Sequence record: SRR20825019_692
Strand: one strand, 5' to 3'
Length of the DNA stretch: 35,795 nucleotides
Shown: piece by piece, positions 18,552 to 27,986 of the stretch
Layout: each line of letters opens with the position of its first letter
Position numbering within the stretch: the stretch's first letter is position 1
Notes under the pieces: generated by a model
Told to the model about the DNA's origin: nothing
The model's input: only the letters and a program-made list of their open reading frames with translations
Databases searched by the model: none
Translations under genes and position numbers: made by a program

Positions 18552-18595
18552 TTGACAGCTTACATTGTTCGGCAGTATTATATCAAAATGATATA
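18552..18595 (+). promoter_or_regulatory. rpoH sigma70-type promoter with an overlapping palindrome
   Basis: TTGACA (18552-18557)-N18-TATTAT (18576-18581); TATATCA-AAA-TGATATA at 18579-18595. Confidence 0.65.
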
Positions 18596-18634
18596 CAAAG
18601 ATAATCGGGCCAAGACCCGGGGCGAGGATTTCAG

Positions 18635-19516
18635 ATGAGCAATCTCAGCAATTTACCAACACTATCCCCCGAAGGCAGTTTGAGCCAGTATCTTCAAGAC
18701 ATTCGCAAGTTCCCCATGCTGGAAGCGAATGAGGAGTATATGCTCGCTAAAGCCTGGGCGGAACATGATGACCGTAAAGCGGCCCACAAACTGGTGACAA
18801 GCCACTTGCGGCTGGTTGCAAAAATCGCCATGGGCTACCGCGGATACGGATTGCCGGTCGCTGATCTGATCGCTGAAGGCAACGTCGGCATGATGCAGGC
18901 CGTTAAGCGATTTGACGCAGAAAAAGGCTTCCGCCTTGCCACCTACGCCATGTGGTGGATCAGAGCTGCTATTCAGGAATATATCCTTAGAAGCTGGTCT
19001 TTGGTCAAGATCGGCACAACGGCAGCCCAGAAAAAACTTTTCTTCAACCTGCGCCGGCTCAAGGGCCAGATTGCTGCGGTTGAAGAAGGTGATCTGCTTC
19101 CCGAGCACGTGACAACTATTGCCGAAAAGCTAGATGTTCCCGAAACAGATGTCGTGAATATGAACCGCCGCCTTTCCGCGATGGATCACTCGCTCAACGC
19201 GCCGCTGCGCGCAGACGCAGAAGGTGAATGGCAGGATTGGCTGGTAGATGACGGCCCGGATCAGGAAACCCTGGTCGCGGAGAAGGAAGAACACACCCAG
19301 CGCCTGTCGCTGCTCCAAGAAGCGATGGCCGACCTTAATGAGCGTGAACGCCATATTCTGACGGAAAGACGCCTCAAGGAGCCACCGCAAACCTTGGAGG
19401 AACTAAGCCAGGAATACGGTGTGAGCCGCGAGCGGGTTCGCCAGATTGAAGTTCGTGCTTTTGAGAAAGTGCAAAAGGCCATGCGGCTCGCGGCAGCTAA
19501 AGCAGCCAACAGCTAA
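18635..19516 (+). CDS. rpoH: RNA polymerase sigma factor RpoH (sigma32)
   Basis: RpoH box QKKLFFNLRR, SHLRLVAKIAMGYRGYGLP, region 4 VSRERVRQIE. Confidence 0.97.
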   Translation: MSNLSNLPTLSPEGSLSQYLQDIRKFPMLEANEEYMLAKAWAEHDDRKAAHKLVTSHLRLVAKIAMGYRGYGLPVADLIAEGNVGMMQAVKRFDAEKGFRLATYAMWWIRAAIQEYILRSWSLVKIGTTAAQKKLFFNLRRLKGQIAAVEEGDLLPEHVTTIAEKLDVPETDVVNMNRRLSAMDHSLNAPLRADAEGEWQDWLVDDGPDQETLVAEKEEHTQRLSLLQEAMADLNERERHILTERRLKEPPQTLEELSQEYGVSRERVRQIEVRAFEKVQKAMRLAAAKAANS

Positions 19517-19565
19517 TTTACAATATTGATATTACTAATAATCGGAGCGCGGCCTGACAGGAATG

Positions 19566-20081
19566 TCAGCCGCGTTTTCCTTTTGCCCAGTTTGGCTCTG
19601 GCGCGGGGTCGTTTTGGTCGCCTAACACATCGGGGCCCCAAACTTCGAGCAACGCCTGACGCTGCTGGGCAATGGTTTTAAGGCGTTCTTTTGCCATTGT
19701 TTGCAAAACCTGCGCGGCGATCATCGGTCCCACATAAATAAGCGCATAACCAATCGCGGCAGCGCCAAACATGGCCACCAGATTAATAGGGTTCGATACC
19801 ACTTCGGCAAATTCACGTGGCCTGTTCCACACCTGCAACGCAAAAGGAATGATCCCTGCGATGTTGCAAAAGGCCACACACTGCAACTTCTGAGCCTTGT
19901 AAACACCCTTACCGGTGATGGAGAGCACGATCGAAGGCGCCAAACCAACCACAAACAGAACGGCAATCTGCCAGCTGAAAAGTGATATGAGGATAAGCCC
20001 AACCAGCAGAAGTGGCAGGAAACCATTAATTTCCTTTTGGGGGCGACGCCGCCGCATTTTCATTGGTTTTTTTGCAGCCAC
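19566..20081 (-). CDS. Hypothetical membrane protein (about 3-4 TM), probable partner of the upstream pseudokinase
   Basis: GTG start 1 nt after the upstream TGA; basic N-terminus, hydrophobic helices, helical C-terminus ending LLEVWG. Confidence 0.8.
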   Translation of the reverse strand: MAAKKPMKMRRRRPQKEINGFLPLLLVGLILISLFSWQIAVLFVVGLAPSIVLSITGKGVYKAQKLQCVAFCNIAGIIPFALQVWNRPREFAEVVSNPINLVAMFGAAAIGYALIYVGPMIAAQVLQTMAKERLKTIAQQRQALLEVWGPDVLGDQNDPAPEPNWAKGKRG

Positions 20082-20082
20082 G

Positions 20083-22113
20083 TCAGCCTCCCGGCATGAA
20101 AGTTAGAAAGCCAATCAGCACCATCGCACCAAAGGCAACCCAGCGGCTACCCCGCAACCCTTTTGCCCGCGCGTCGTTATCTGTCGGCAATATCTTGCGG
20201 CTTAGCATAGCACGCTCTTTATCAAGCTTGCCCACAACGGTGCGGGCCTGCGAAAATTCGCGCGCATCTTCAGCCTGAATACGCACCATATTCACCTCGG
20301 TGGTCAGCTTGGAGATATCGCCACCCTTCTTCACCTTGTCGAGAAGAAGCTGCACACGTTCACGGCGTTTTTTATTCCGAAGGCCTTTCACGGCGGGCGC
20401 TAGGCCTTCAACAAGCTTTTCCGTAAGGCTTGGCAGCGATTCCAGCTTGAACCTGCGTTGCAGCATGCCAAAAAACTCAGCGGAAAGGCTATTAAAGCGC
20501 GGCGGATCATTTTGCGCAGCGGCAAGCTTGTTGAACTCACGCTCAAGGTCTGCGCCGTGTGCCGCGCAAAATGCGGCAACGTGGCGGTCCAGCAGCACGT
20601 TTTTACCGCCACCTGATGCCGCGAGACGATCAAGCGCCCGCATCATCTGTTTGATAGACCCTATCCAGACGTTGCTGAAACGTTGGCTGATGCAAGGCAA
20701 AATTGGGTTCAGTCCATAAAGCACCCGCTCCATGCCTCGGCCCAACTGTTTACTAGACCCGAAGCTCATGAACGGGCGCAAATCGCGTACCATTCCAAGG
20801 AACCTTGGGCTCCGTTCAGAACATATCTCGCCAAGCGCATTCAGGAAACGCTCATCCAGCAGGTCCAGAATTACTCCCATCATATCCCTGTCATCGCGCG
20901 CAAAAGCATCGGCGATCATGGATGGGAGGCCGTCCAGCATGACTGAATAGCCCTTATAGTGGATCGGGCCGGTTGGGTGCATGAACATGCAAACCCGTGT
21001 GACCATCTTGTAGTCATCCGGCCGTGTACCACCGATGCCTGCGTCGGAGGCCACATTAAGTACACTTTCAAGCCGTTCGCTCAAAATCTCATCTCGAAAC
21101 GACAGTTGCACCCATGCGGGGAAGTCAAGCCTTTTCAGGAAGTTGGCGGCCTCTCTAGGGTCACGCGCAAACGCATCAGCCAGAAGGCGACGGTCCACGT
21201 ATGCCACGCCTTTGAAGTTAGTTGGTCGGTTCATGGCCCAAGCCCGCATACTGGTGCGCTTGGGCCTCCCCACGCCTTCAAACCAGTCGAGCACATCTTC
21301 CGCGCCCCAACGTTCCTCAAGCTCATCCGCCATCAAACCACGCACAAGTGTGCCAAGCGCACCCGGGATATCGCGCCCGCCAGCTAACGCCCAGAAAGAT
21401 CCCTGGTTTACCCGCGCCATCAACATGCTGTCACGGTCACGCCCACGCCACAACTGCTCTCCAAAATAGAGGCTCTGAAGGGCAGCACCAAGTTGATAGA
21501 AATCGCTGGCGGCATCGCCATTACCACGCGCAGTTTCGTGCGCCAGTGCAAACTCAAGCGATTCCAGCGAGAACGGCTGTTTATAGCCGGGCGGTGAGCT
21601 GTAGCACTCTCCGATACAAACCTCTTCGCTATCATTGGCAACAAAATAGATGTTTTCAGGCGTGATAGACCGATGTGTGAACCCGCGCTTGTGAAGGGCT
21701 GCGATGGCCTTCAGCGCAGACAGTACCACGCTCTGGCGCAAGCGGTTTGTATTAACGCGTGGGTTGACCTTGCCGTCTGGCCCAAAGAGCGCACCACCCG
21801 ATGGCCGCTCAAATATCGTGACAAGGCGTTGGCGCCTGCCACCCGTGTCAATCGTCATCAATCCACGGTCTATCGGGTTGACCACATTGGCAACGGGGCG
21901 CGCCTTCAGGCTACGGTACACTTCGTTCCGCATCGGTACCGTAGGATGATGAATCAGTGCATAGATTTCTTTTCCGGGGCGTTCTTTATCGGTCGCTTTA
22001 AAAGCGTCGCCGCCATAGGTCGTGAACTCGGGGAGCGCTGCCGATGTATCCACGGCATACCGCTCACCAAAGGCACTTTGTCCTTCTGGAACTGGTGCGA
22101 TATCACCGCTCAA
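20083..22113 (-). CDS. Ser/Thr protein-kinase-like protein (predicted pseudokinase) with C-terminal TM anchor
   Basis: Hanks subdomain layout: LHKRGFTHRSITPENI, IGEC, SDFYQLG, LVRGLM..ELEERW; TTG start 7 nt after AGGGGA (start uncertain). Confidence 0.8.
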   Translation of the reverse strand: MSGDIAPVPEGQSAFGERYAVDTSAALPEFTTYGGDAFKATDKERPGKEIYALIHHPTVPMRNEVYRSLKARPVANVVNPIDRGLMTIDTGGRRQRLVTIFERPSGGALFGPDGKVNPRVNTNRLRQSVVLSALKAIAALHKRGFTHRSITPENIYFVANDSEEVCIGECYSSPPGYKQPFSLESLEFALAHETARGNGDAASDFYQLGAALQSLYFGEQLWRGRDRDSMLMARVNQGSFWALAGGRDIPGALGTLVRGLMADELEERWGAEDVLDWFEGVGRPKRTSMRAWAMNRPTNFKGVAYVDRRLLADAFARDPREAANFLKRLDFPAWVQLSFRDEILSERLESVLNVASDAGIGGTRPDDYKMVTRVCMFMHPTGPIHYKGYSVMLDGLPSMIADAFARDDRDMMGVILDLLDERFLNALGEICSERSPRFLGMVRDLRPFMSFGSSKQLGRGMERVLYGLNPILPCISQRFSNVWIGSIKQMMRALDRLAASGGGKNVLLDRHVAAFCAAHGADLEREFNKLAAAQNDPPRFNSLSAEFFGMLQRRFKLESLPSLTEKLVEGLAPAVKGLRNKKRRERVQLLLDKVKKGGDISKLTTEVNMVRIQAEDAREFSQARTVVGKLDKERAMLSRKILPTDNDARAKGLRGSRWVAFGAMVLIGFLTFMPGG

Positions 22114-22248
22114 GCGCACTTCCCCTTGTTCATCTTTACCTACTCGACGACATCTCACTGCCGCCAAGCACACCTTGTTAGCGTTTTAGCACTAAACCCT
22201 TATCCTTAACAAATTTGAATCATTCGTGAATATTTAGCAACCGGAAAC

Positions 22249-22288
22249 AAAAAAAATGCCGCCTCTCCGGGGAGTTAGCGGCATTTTG
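22249..22288 (-). terminator. Rho-independent terminator downstream of purA
   Basis: AAAATGCCGC/GCGGCATTTT stem with an 8-T tract on the minus strand. Confidence 0.85.
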
Positions 22289-22338
22289 CGATATTTTTAA
22301 CACGGGGCTAGCGTCATCAAGCGCCCAAAACCGTGTGC

Positions 22339-23631
22339 TTAATCCTGGAACGGATCTCGAACAAGGATTGTATCATTACGTTCTGGGCTTGTAGAAAGAA
22401 GGGCCACCGGCACACCAATCAGCTCCTCAACGCGCTTCACATATTTCACGGCTGTTGCAGGAAGATCAGCCCAACTGCGCGCGCCAAAGGTGCTTTCCTG
22501 CCAACCTTCAAGGGTTTCATAAACCGGCTCCACAGCTGCCTGGTCTTCCATGCCATATGGCAGGTAATCGATCACCTCACCATTATGCTTGTAACCAACA
22601 CAAACCTTGATCTCTTCAAGGCCGTCGAGCACATCAAGCTTGGTAAGCGCGATACCATCAACACCACCAATGGTCAGGCTTTGGCGCACCAGCACAGCGT
22701 CAAACCAGCCACAGCGGCGGGACCGACCGGTTACTGTGCCAAACTCGTGCCCGCGCTCACCAAGGCGCTGGCCAATCTCGTCGGTCAACTCTGTTGGGAA
22801 CGGGCCAGAGCCCACACGTGTTGTGTAAGCCTTGGTGATACCAAGCACATAATCAAGCGAACGAGCGCCGAGGCCGGAACCACCTGCCGCCTGGCCTGCG
22901 ATGGTGTTGGACGACGTTACAAACGGGTATGTGCCGTGATCAACGTCCAGCAACGTGCCCTGAGCACCCTCAAACAGGATGCGCTTGCCGCTTTTGCTGG
23001 CTTCGTCAAGCGTGCGCCACACGTTGGTCATGTATGGCAAAATCTGGCCAGCAAGCCCCATCAACTGGTCGGCGATTTCCTTGCCGTCGATCTCTTCGTG
23101 GCCAAGGCCACGACGCACAGCGTTATGGTGCGTGAGCGCCACATCAAGCCGGGCTTCAATCATCTCACGAGACTGCAGGTCACAAACGCGCAACGCACGG
23201 CGGCCAACCTTGTCTTCATAGGCAGGGCCAATACCGCGGCGCGTGGTCCCGATCTTGACGCCTTTGGTGGCATCTTCACGGATCGCATCAAGCTCCCGGT
23301 GGTACGGCATGATCAGCGTTGCGTTTGCTGCAATCTGGAAGCTGGCCGGGTCAATTTCAACGCCCTGACCGCGCAGCTTTTCCATCTCAGAAAGCAATGC
23401 CCATGGGTCAATCACCACACCGTTGCCGATGACACTGATTTTACCACCGCGCACGATGCCTGATGGCAGCAGCGACAGTTTGTAGACAGTACCGTCAACA
23501 ACCAGTGTGTGGCCCGCGTTATGGCCACCCTGGAAGCGAACAACTACGTCCGCCCGTTCGGAAAGCCAATCGACGATTTTGCCTTTGCCTTCGTCGCCCC
23601 ATTGCGAGCCGACAACAACGACGTTGCCCAT
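22339..23631 (-). CDS. purA: Adenylosuccinate synthase
   Basis: [31 protein letters not shown] and [12 protein letters not shown]. Confidence 0.98.
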   Translation of the reverse strand: MGNVVVVGSQWGDEGKGKIVDWLSERADVVVRFQGGHNAGHTLVVDGTVYKLSLLPSGIVRGGKISVIGNGVVIDPWALLSEMEKLRGQGVEIDPASFQIAANATLIMPYHRELDAIREDATKGVKIGTTRRGIGPAYEDKVGRRALRVCDLQSREMIEARLDVALTHHNAVRRGLGHEEIDGKEIADQLMGLAGQILPYMTNVWRTLDEASKSGKRILFEGAQGTLLDVDHGTYPFVTSSNTIAGQAAGGSGLGARSLDYVLGITKAYTTRVGSGPFPTELTDEIGQRLGERGHEFGTVTGRSRRCGWFDAVLVRQSLTIGGVDGIALTKLDVLDGLEEIKVCVGYKHNGEVIDYLPYGMEDQAAVEPVYETLEGWQESTFGARSWADLPATAVKYVKRVEELIGVPVALLSTSPERNDTILVRDPFQD

Positions 23632-23669
23632 GCGAAATCCCTTTCTTGGAATCTGTAAAAAACGAGCTT

Positions 23670-24845
23670 TTAAACGGCTCTGACCTGATCATCAAGCAAG
23701 ATATGGCTGCAACCGAGGCGAACGGCCTCTTCTTGCGCGTCATCATGCTCAGCGAGCCCTTGAACGGTACGCCATCCCTCAGCGCGTAATTTAGCACCAA
23801 CAGCGCCCTTAGTGCCATGCGGCAGAAAGATTTTTTGTGCGACCTCAAACGGCGGTAACGCCTTGAGAAGCGTATCAAGGTATACGGAGAAACCCGTGGC
23901 TTCTTCTTCGTGCCCATCGGGATGTGTCACAAGGTAACGTCCACCCCGGCCAAGCTCCCCCTCTCCGCCTTTGGAGAAAAGCGCGAATCCGATACCGGAC
24001 TTATATTCAAACCCATGGCTTTCACATGGATCGATTGTTACCGAAAGCGCAGGCAAACGCTTGCCTATCATCGAAAGCAACCGCCCAAGGCGCGCGACCA
24101 GCTTACCGGTGTTGCCCTTAAGCTCAAGCCCGCGCAGTATCTCCACCGCACGCGCGCCAGCGCCCGCCGCGCCCAGAAGCGCTTCAAACTGTATCTTCGC
24201 GGGGCCCGTTAGCACCGCAAGCGCGCCAATGTCTTTGGCTTCAAGGGCTGCAAGCACCGTATCGCGCACATCACCCTCAAGCCGGTGTGCCTCCACCATC
24301 TGCGCCACAAGGGGCGCCACGGTAAGGTCAAGCGACAGCTCCGCAATGCCTACTGTCTCAAGCGCCTCAACCGCTAGCACGATCACCTCCAGCTCCGCCT
24401 CTAGGCTGGATGCGCCCACAAGCTCAACACCCGCCTGAATAAACTGGCGGGTGGGGCGAAGCTGGCTGCCTTTGGTGCGCAACACGTTACCAGTGTAAGC
24501 GAGCCGGAGTGGCCGTGGTGCATCAGCAAGGCGCGTAGCCGCCAGCCGTGCCATCTGGATGGTCATGTCGGCGCGAATCGCCATCATGCGCTGGGTATCC
24601 GGGTCCATCAGGCGGAACATCTGTTTCGCCCGTGTGGCGCCCGCGCCCACAAGCAGGCTATCTTCATATTCTACAAGAGGCGGAGAAACCCGGTCGTATC
24701 CATGAGAGAGGAAGCTGTCCATAAGTCCGCGTACAAGCGCCGCTTCCTGCTCAGCGCGCGGGCTAAGCTGGTCGCGAAATCCTTCTGGCAACAAAGCCTG
24801 GCGAGCATAAGCCGAGCCTGCGATCTGCCTTTTAGGACCATTCAT
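23670..24845 (-). CDS. hisZ: ATP phosphoribosyltransferase regulatory subunit
   Basis: HisRS-like paralogue: [47 protein letters not shown] and ATGFS; directly upstream of purA. Confidence 0.92.
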   Translation of the reverse strand: MNGPKRQIAGSAYARQALLPEGFRDQLSPRAEQEAALVRGLMDSFLSHGYDRVSPPLVEYEDSLLVGAGATRAKQMFRLMDPDTQRMMAIRADMTIQMARLAATRLADAPRPLRLAYTGNVLRTKGSQLRPTRQFIQAGVELVGASSLEAELEVIVLAVEALETVGIAELSLDLTVAPLVAQMVEAHRLEGDVRDTVLAALEAKDIGALAVLTGPAKIQFEALLGAAGAGARAVEILRGLELKGNTGKLVARLGRLLSMIGKRLPALSVTIDPCESHGFEYKSGIGFALFSKGGEGELGRGGRYLVTHPDGHEEEATGFSVYLDTLLKALPPFEVAQKIFLPHGTKGAVGAKLRAEGWRTVQGLAEHDDAQEEAVRLGCSHILLDDQVRAV

Positions 24846-24880
24846 GGGTCCGCTCCCTCTTCTCTCTATCTGGTCAAACT

Positions 24881-26470
24881 CTAGACACGTCCGTTAAAGG
24901 ACAGTCGTTTTGCCTGCCGTACATGGGCGAGAGCAGCCACTTGGTCAAGAACAATATCCTTGAGCGGCTGATCAACAGCCACAAGTGCCACGGCTTCTTC
25001 GCCTTCAATGCGGCGACCAAGCGCAAACGTCGCGATATTGACGCCGTTATAGCCAAGGAGCGAGCCAAGCGCACCAATGAAGCCCGGTTTGTCATCGTTC
25101 ACGACATAGAGCATGTTTGGTGCAAGTTCTGCCTCAAGGCGAACACCGCCAACTTCCACAATCCGTGGTGACCGGTCAGCAAACAATGTGCCCGATACGG
25201 TACGGGTGCGCTTCTCGGTTTCAACTGTCAGCTTGATCCCTGTGTGATAGTCGCCCTCACGGTCGTGTTTCACTTCCGTCACCTGAATGCCGCGGTCTTT
25301 TGCGATCACAGGCGCGTTGACCATATTCACGCTATCCATCAACGGTGACAGAAGCCCTTCAAGCACAACGGCTGTCAGCGGTTTGGTGTTGAGCGTCGCC
25401 ACATGGCCTTCATACTCAATCACGATACGCTTGAGACCGTGCTCGGTAAGCTGGCCCGCAAAACCACCAATCTCTTCCGCGAGCTTCATATATGGCTGCA
25501 GCTTCGGCGCGTCTTCCGCGCTCACTGACGGCATGTTGAGCGCATTGGTCACGGCACCAGTAAGAAGGTAGTCTGCCATCTGCTCAGCCACCTGAAGCGC
25601 CACATTTACCTGGGCTTCAGTGGTGGATGCGCCAAGGTGCGGCGTACAGATCACATTCTCATGGCCAAACAGCGGGTTTTCGGTTGCGGGTTCAACTTCA
25701 AACACATCAAGCGCTGCGCCAGCAACCTTGCCACTATTGAGCGCTTCCAGAAGTGCTGCTTCGTCCACAAGGCCACCACGGGCACAGTTAACAATGCGCA
25801 CGCCGTCTTTCATCTTCTTGAAGGCCTCAACGCCCACAACGCCGCGCGTCTGGTCGGTCAGCGGTGTGTGAAGCGTGATGATATCAGCCTTTGCGAACAC
25901 ATCATCCAGCTCAGCTTTGGTGACACCCAGATCCGCCGCACGCTCAGGCGCGAGGAACGGGTCAAAGGCGATAACTTTCATCTTCAAGCCAAGCGCACGC
26001 TCTGCCACCACAGAGCCGATGTTACCGCACCCGATAAGGCCAAGCGTTTTGCCTGTAAGCTCAACACCCATGAATTTGGATTTCTCCCACTTGCCAGCAT
26101 GTGTTGACGCATTGGCCTGCGGGATCTGGCGGGCAAGCGCCATCATCATGGCAATGGCGTGCTCTGCTGTTGTGATGGAGTTACCAAACGGCGTGTTCAT
26201 CACCACAACACCTGAGTTGGTGGCGGCAGGCACATCAATGTTGTCAACACCGATACCCGCGCGGCCAATCACCTTCAGGTTCGGCGCGGCAGCAAGCACT
26301 TTTGGTGTTACTTTGGTGGATGACCGGACAGCAAGACCATCATAGATACCAATGATCTTGAGGAGCTCGTCTTTATCTAGGCCCGGCTTATAGTCAACTT
26401 CAACGCCCGCATCCTTAAACGTCTTTTCCGCAAGGGGGCTCATTTTATCGGAAATCAGCACCTTAGGCAT
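24881..26470 (-). CDS. serA: D-3-phosphoglycerate dehydrogenase (long form with ASB and ACT domains)
   Basis: GRAGIGVDNID, GCGNIG, NCARGG, LDVFEVEP, TPHLGAST and ACT NDDKPGFIG. Confidence 0.97.
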   Translation of the reverse strand: MPKVLISDKMSPLAEKTFKDAGVEVDYKPGLDKDELLKIIGIYDGLAVRSSTKVTPKVLAAAPNLKVIGRAGIGVDNIDVPAATNSGVVVMNTPFGNSITTAEHAIAMMMALARQIPQANASTHAGKWEKSKFMGVELTGKTLGLIGCGNIGSVVAERALGLKMKVIAFDPFLAPERAADLGVTKAELDDVFAKADIITLHTPLTDQTRGVVGVEAFKKMKDGVRIVNCARGGLVDEAALLEALNSGKVAGAALDVFEVEPATENPLFGHENVICTPHLGASTTEAQVNVALQVAEQMADYLLTGAVTNALNMPSVSAEDAPKLQPYMKLAEEIGGFAGQLTEHGLKRIVIEYEGHVATLNTKPLTAVVLEGLLSPLMDSVNMVNAPVIAKDRGIQVTEVKHDREGDYHTGIKLTVETEKRTRTVSGTLFADRSPRIVEVGGVRLEAELAPNMLYVVNDDKPGFIGALGSLLGYNGVNIATFALGRRIEGEEAVALVAVDQPLKDIVLDQVAALAHVRQAKRLSFNGRV

Positions 26471-26506
26471 GATCATTCCTTCTCTGAATTTCTGGCTTTT
26501 GAAATG

Positions 26507-26530
26507 TGAGGGCCAAGCGCGCGGCCCTCA
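26507..26530. other. Intergenic hairpin between serC and serA
   Basis: TGAGGGCC-N8-GGCCCTCA perfect 8-bp stem with no adjacent T tract. Confidence 0.55.
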
Positions 26531-26550
26531 GGTATCGCTATGGCGTGCAC

Positions 26551-27708
26551 TTAAGCGTGCGCGGCTTTCACCTCTGCGTAGGCCCAATCAAGCCATGCTG
26601 TGAGTGCGGACAGGTCTTCAGCTTCCACGGTGGCACCAGCCCATATCCGGAGGCCGGGAGGCGCATCACGGTAGGCACCGATGTCATAGGCCACACCTTC
26701 ACCGTCAAGAAGTGCCGCAAGCTTTTTCGGCACGCCCGCCTGTGCATCAGCATCAAGTGCCGAGAACCATGGGTCCACAACCTTGAGGCACACACTGGTG
26801 TTGGACCGTGTCGCCACGTCAGTGGCCAGGAAATCAACCCAGTCGGTTTTCTCAACCCAGTCGGCCAACACCTTGAGGTTGGCTTCCGATTTGGAAATCA
26901 ACCCCTTGAGGCCACCAATACCATCTGCCCACTCAAGCGCGTCGATATAATCTTCAACGCACAGCATGGAAGGCGTGTTGATGGTTTCACCCACAAAGAT
27001 GCCTTCAATCAACTTGCCGCCCTTGGTGAGACGGAAGATTTTGGGAAGCGGCCACGCGGGCGTATAGCTTTCCAGCCGTTCAACTGCACGCGGGGAAAGG
27101 ATAAGCATGCCGTGGGCTGCTTCACCGCCCAGTACCTTCTGCCAGCTGTATGTCACGACATCGAGCTTCTCGAACGGCAGGTCCATCGCGAATGCCGCGG
27201 AGGTGGCATCACATATCGTCAGGCCCTTGCGGTCATCTGCAATCCAGTCTGCCGCAGGCACTTTCACGCCTGATGTTGTACCGTTCCAGGTGAAAACAAC
27301 GTCGTGGTCGGGGTCTACAGCGTCCAGGTCTGGCAATTCGCCGTATGGCGCGTCAAACACACGGACTTTCTCAAGCTTGAGCTGCTTGGCTACGTCTGTC
27401 ACCCAGCCTGCACCAAAACTTTCCCATGCCAGCATATCGACAGGCCGTGCGCCCAGAAGGGACCACAAGGCCATTTCAACAGCGCCAGTGTCGGATGCAG
27501 GCACGATGCCGATGCGGTAGTCCGCAGGCACACCCAGAATTTCACGAGTTTTATCGATGGCGTACTTAAGCTTGGCTTTGCCAGGCTTTGCACGATGAGA
27601 GCGCCCGAGCGGGGCGTCTTTAAGTGCGTCCACACTCCAACCGGGACGCTTCGCACACGGGCCAGAGCTAAACTCCGGACGCCGAGGCGCAACAGTAGGC
27701 TTCGTCAT
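26551..27708 (-). CDS. serC: Phosphoserine aminotransferase (Methanosarcina-type)
   Basis: [37 protein letters not shown]-lysine SWQK and NTPSML. Confidence 0.96.
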   Translation of the reverse strand: MTKPTVAPRRPEFSSGPCAKRPGWSVDALKDAPLGRSHRAKPGKAKLKYAIDKTREILGVPADYRIGIVPASDTGAVEMALWSLLGARPVDMLAWESFGAGWVTDVAKQLKLEKVRVFDAPYGELPDLDAVDPDHDVVFTWNGTTSGVKVPAADWIADDRKGLTICDATSAAFAMDLPFEKLDVVTYSWQKVLGGEAAHGMLILSPRAVERLESYTPAWPLPKIFRLTKGGKLIEGIFVGETINTPSMLCVEDYIDALEWADGIGGLKGLISKSEANLKVLADWVEKTDWVDFLATDVATRSNTSVCLKVVDPWFSALDADAQAGVPKKLAALLDGEGVAYDIGAYRDAPPGLRIWAGATVEAEDLSALTAWLDWAYAEVKAAHA

Positions 27709-27712
27709 GTCT

Positions 27713-27758
27713 CTATCCTTCCAGATAGCAAGCGCCTCGTTGGGGAGGCGTGTCCCAA
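27713..27758 (-). ncRNA. serC leader RNA element, proximal copy
   Basis: UUGGGACA-CGCCUC-CCCAAC-GAGGCG-CUUG-CUAUCU-GGAA-GGAUAG: two hairpins, a possible UUGGG/CCCAA pseudoknot, and the SD sequence within hairpin 2; matches my recollection of the alphaproteobacterial serC motif. Confidence 0.8.
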
Positions 27759-27767
27759 AAAATGAAT

Positions 27768-27811
27768 GCTGACCTCACAGACAACTGCTTCCCAGTTGGG
27801 GGAAGTACCGG
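27768..27811 (-). ncRNA. serC leader RNA element, distal (second) copy
   Basis: CCGGUA-CUUCCC-CCAACU-GGGAAG-CA-GUUGUCU-GUGA-GGUCAGC: same CCAAC loop and UCU-GNRA-GG hairpin with different stem sequences. Confidence 0.65.
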
Positions 27812-27817
27812 GGACGG

Positions 27818-27845
27818 AAACTATAGAAAGCGTGGATAGAGTCAA
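27818..27845 (-). promoter_or_regulatory. Putative serC operon promoter
   Basis: TTGACT-N16-TAGTTT; would place +1 near 27811, the 5' edge of the distal RNA element. Confidence 0.45.
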
Positions 27846-27986
27846 TGAAAGATTTGTATCTATAGGGAGAAGTTTTTGTAACGAAATTACGTGTGGCGCG
27901 AAGGGCAATTCGGCGCCAGCCGTAGAACCTCATATTCAACATAAAATTTGCCCGAGCAGCAAAAGTCACGACGCGAGGAACCTTTA

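Noticed and set aside
22186-22212. TTAGCACT, a CIRCE-like half-site
   Set aside because: The GAGTGCTAA half is absent at the 9-nt spacing.
22333-23463. 376-aa plus-strand ORF
   Set aside because: Antisense shadow of purA with no motifs.
23670-24845. hisZ located away from hisG
   Set aside because: hisZ-purA adjacency is a known arrangement in many Proteobacteria.
26506-27273. 255-aa plus-strand ORF (likewise 13350-14117, 31270-32028 and 12004-12711)
   Set aside because: Each overlaps a confidently assigned gene and has no recognisable domain or protein-like composition.
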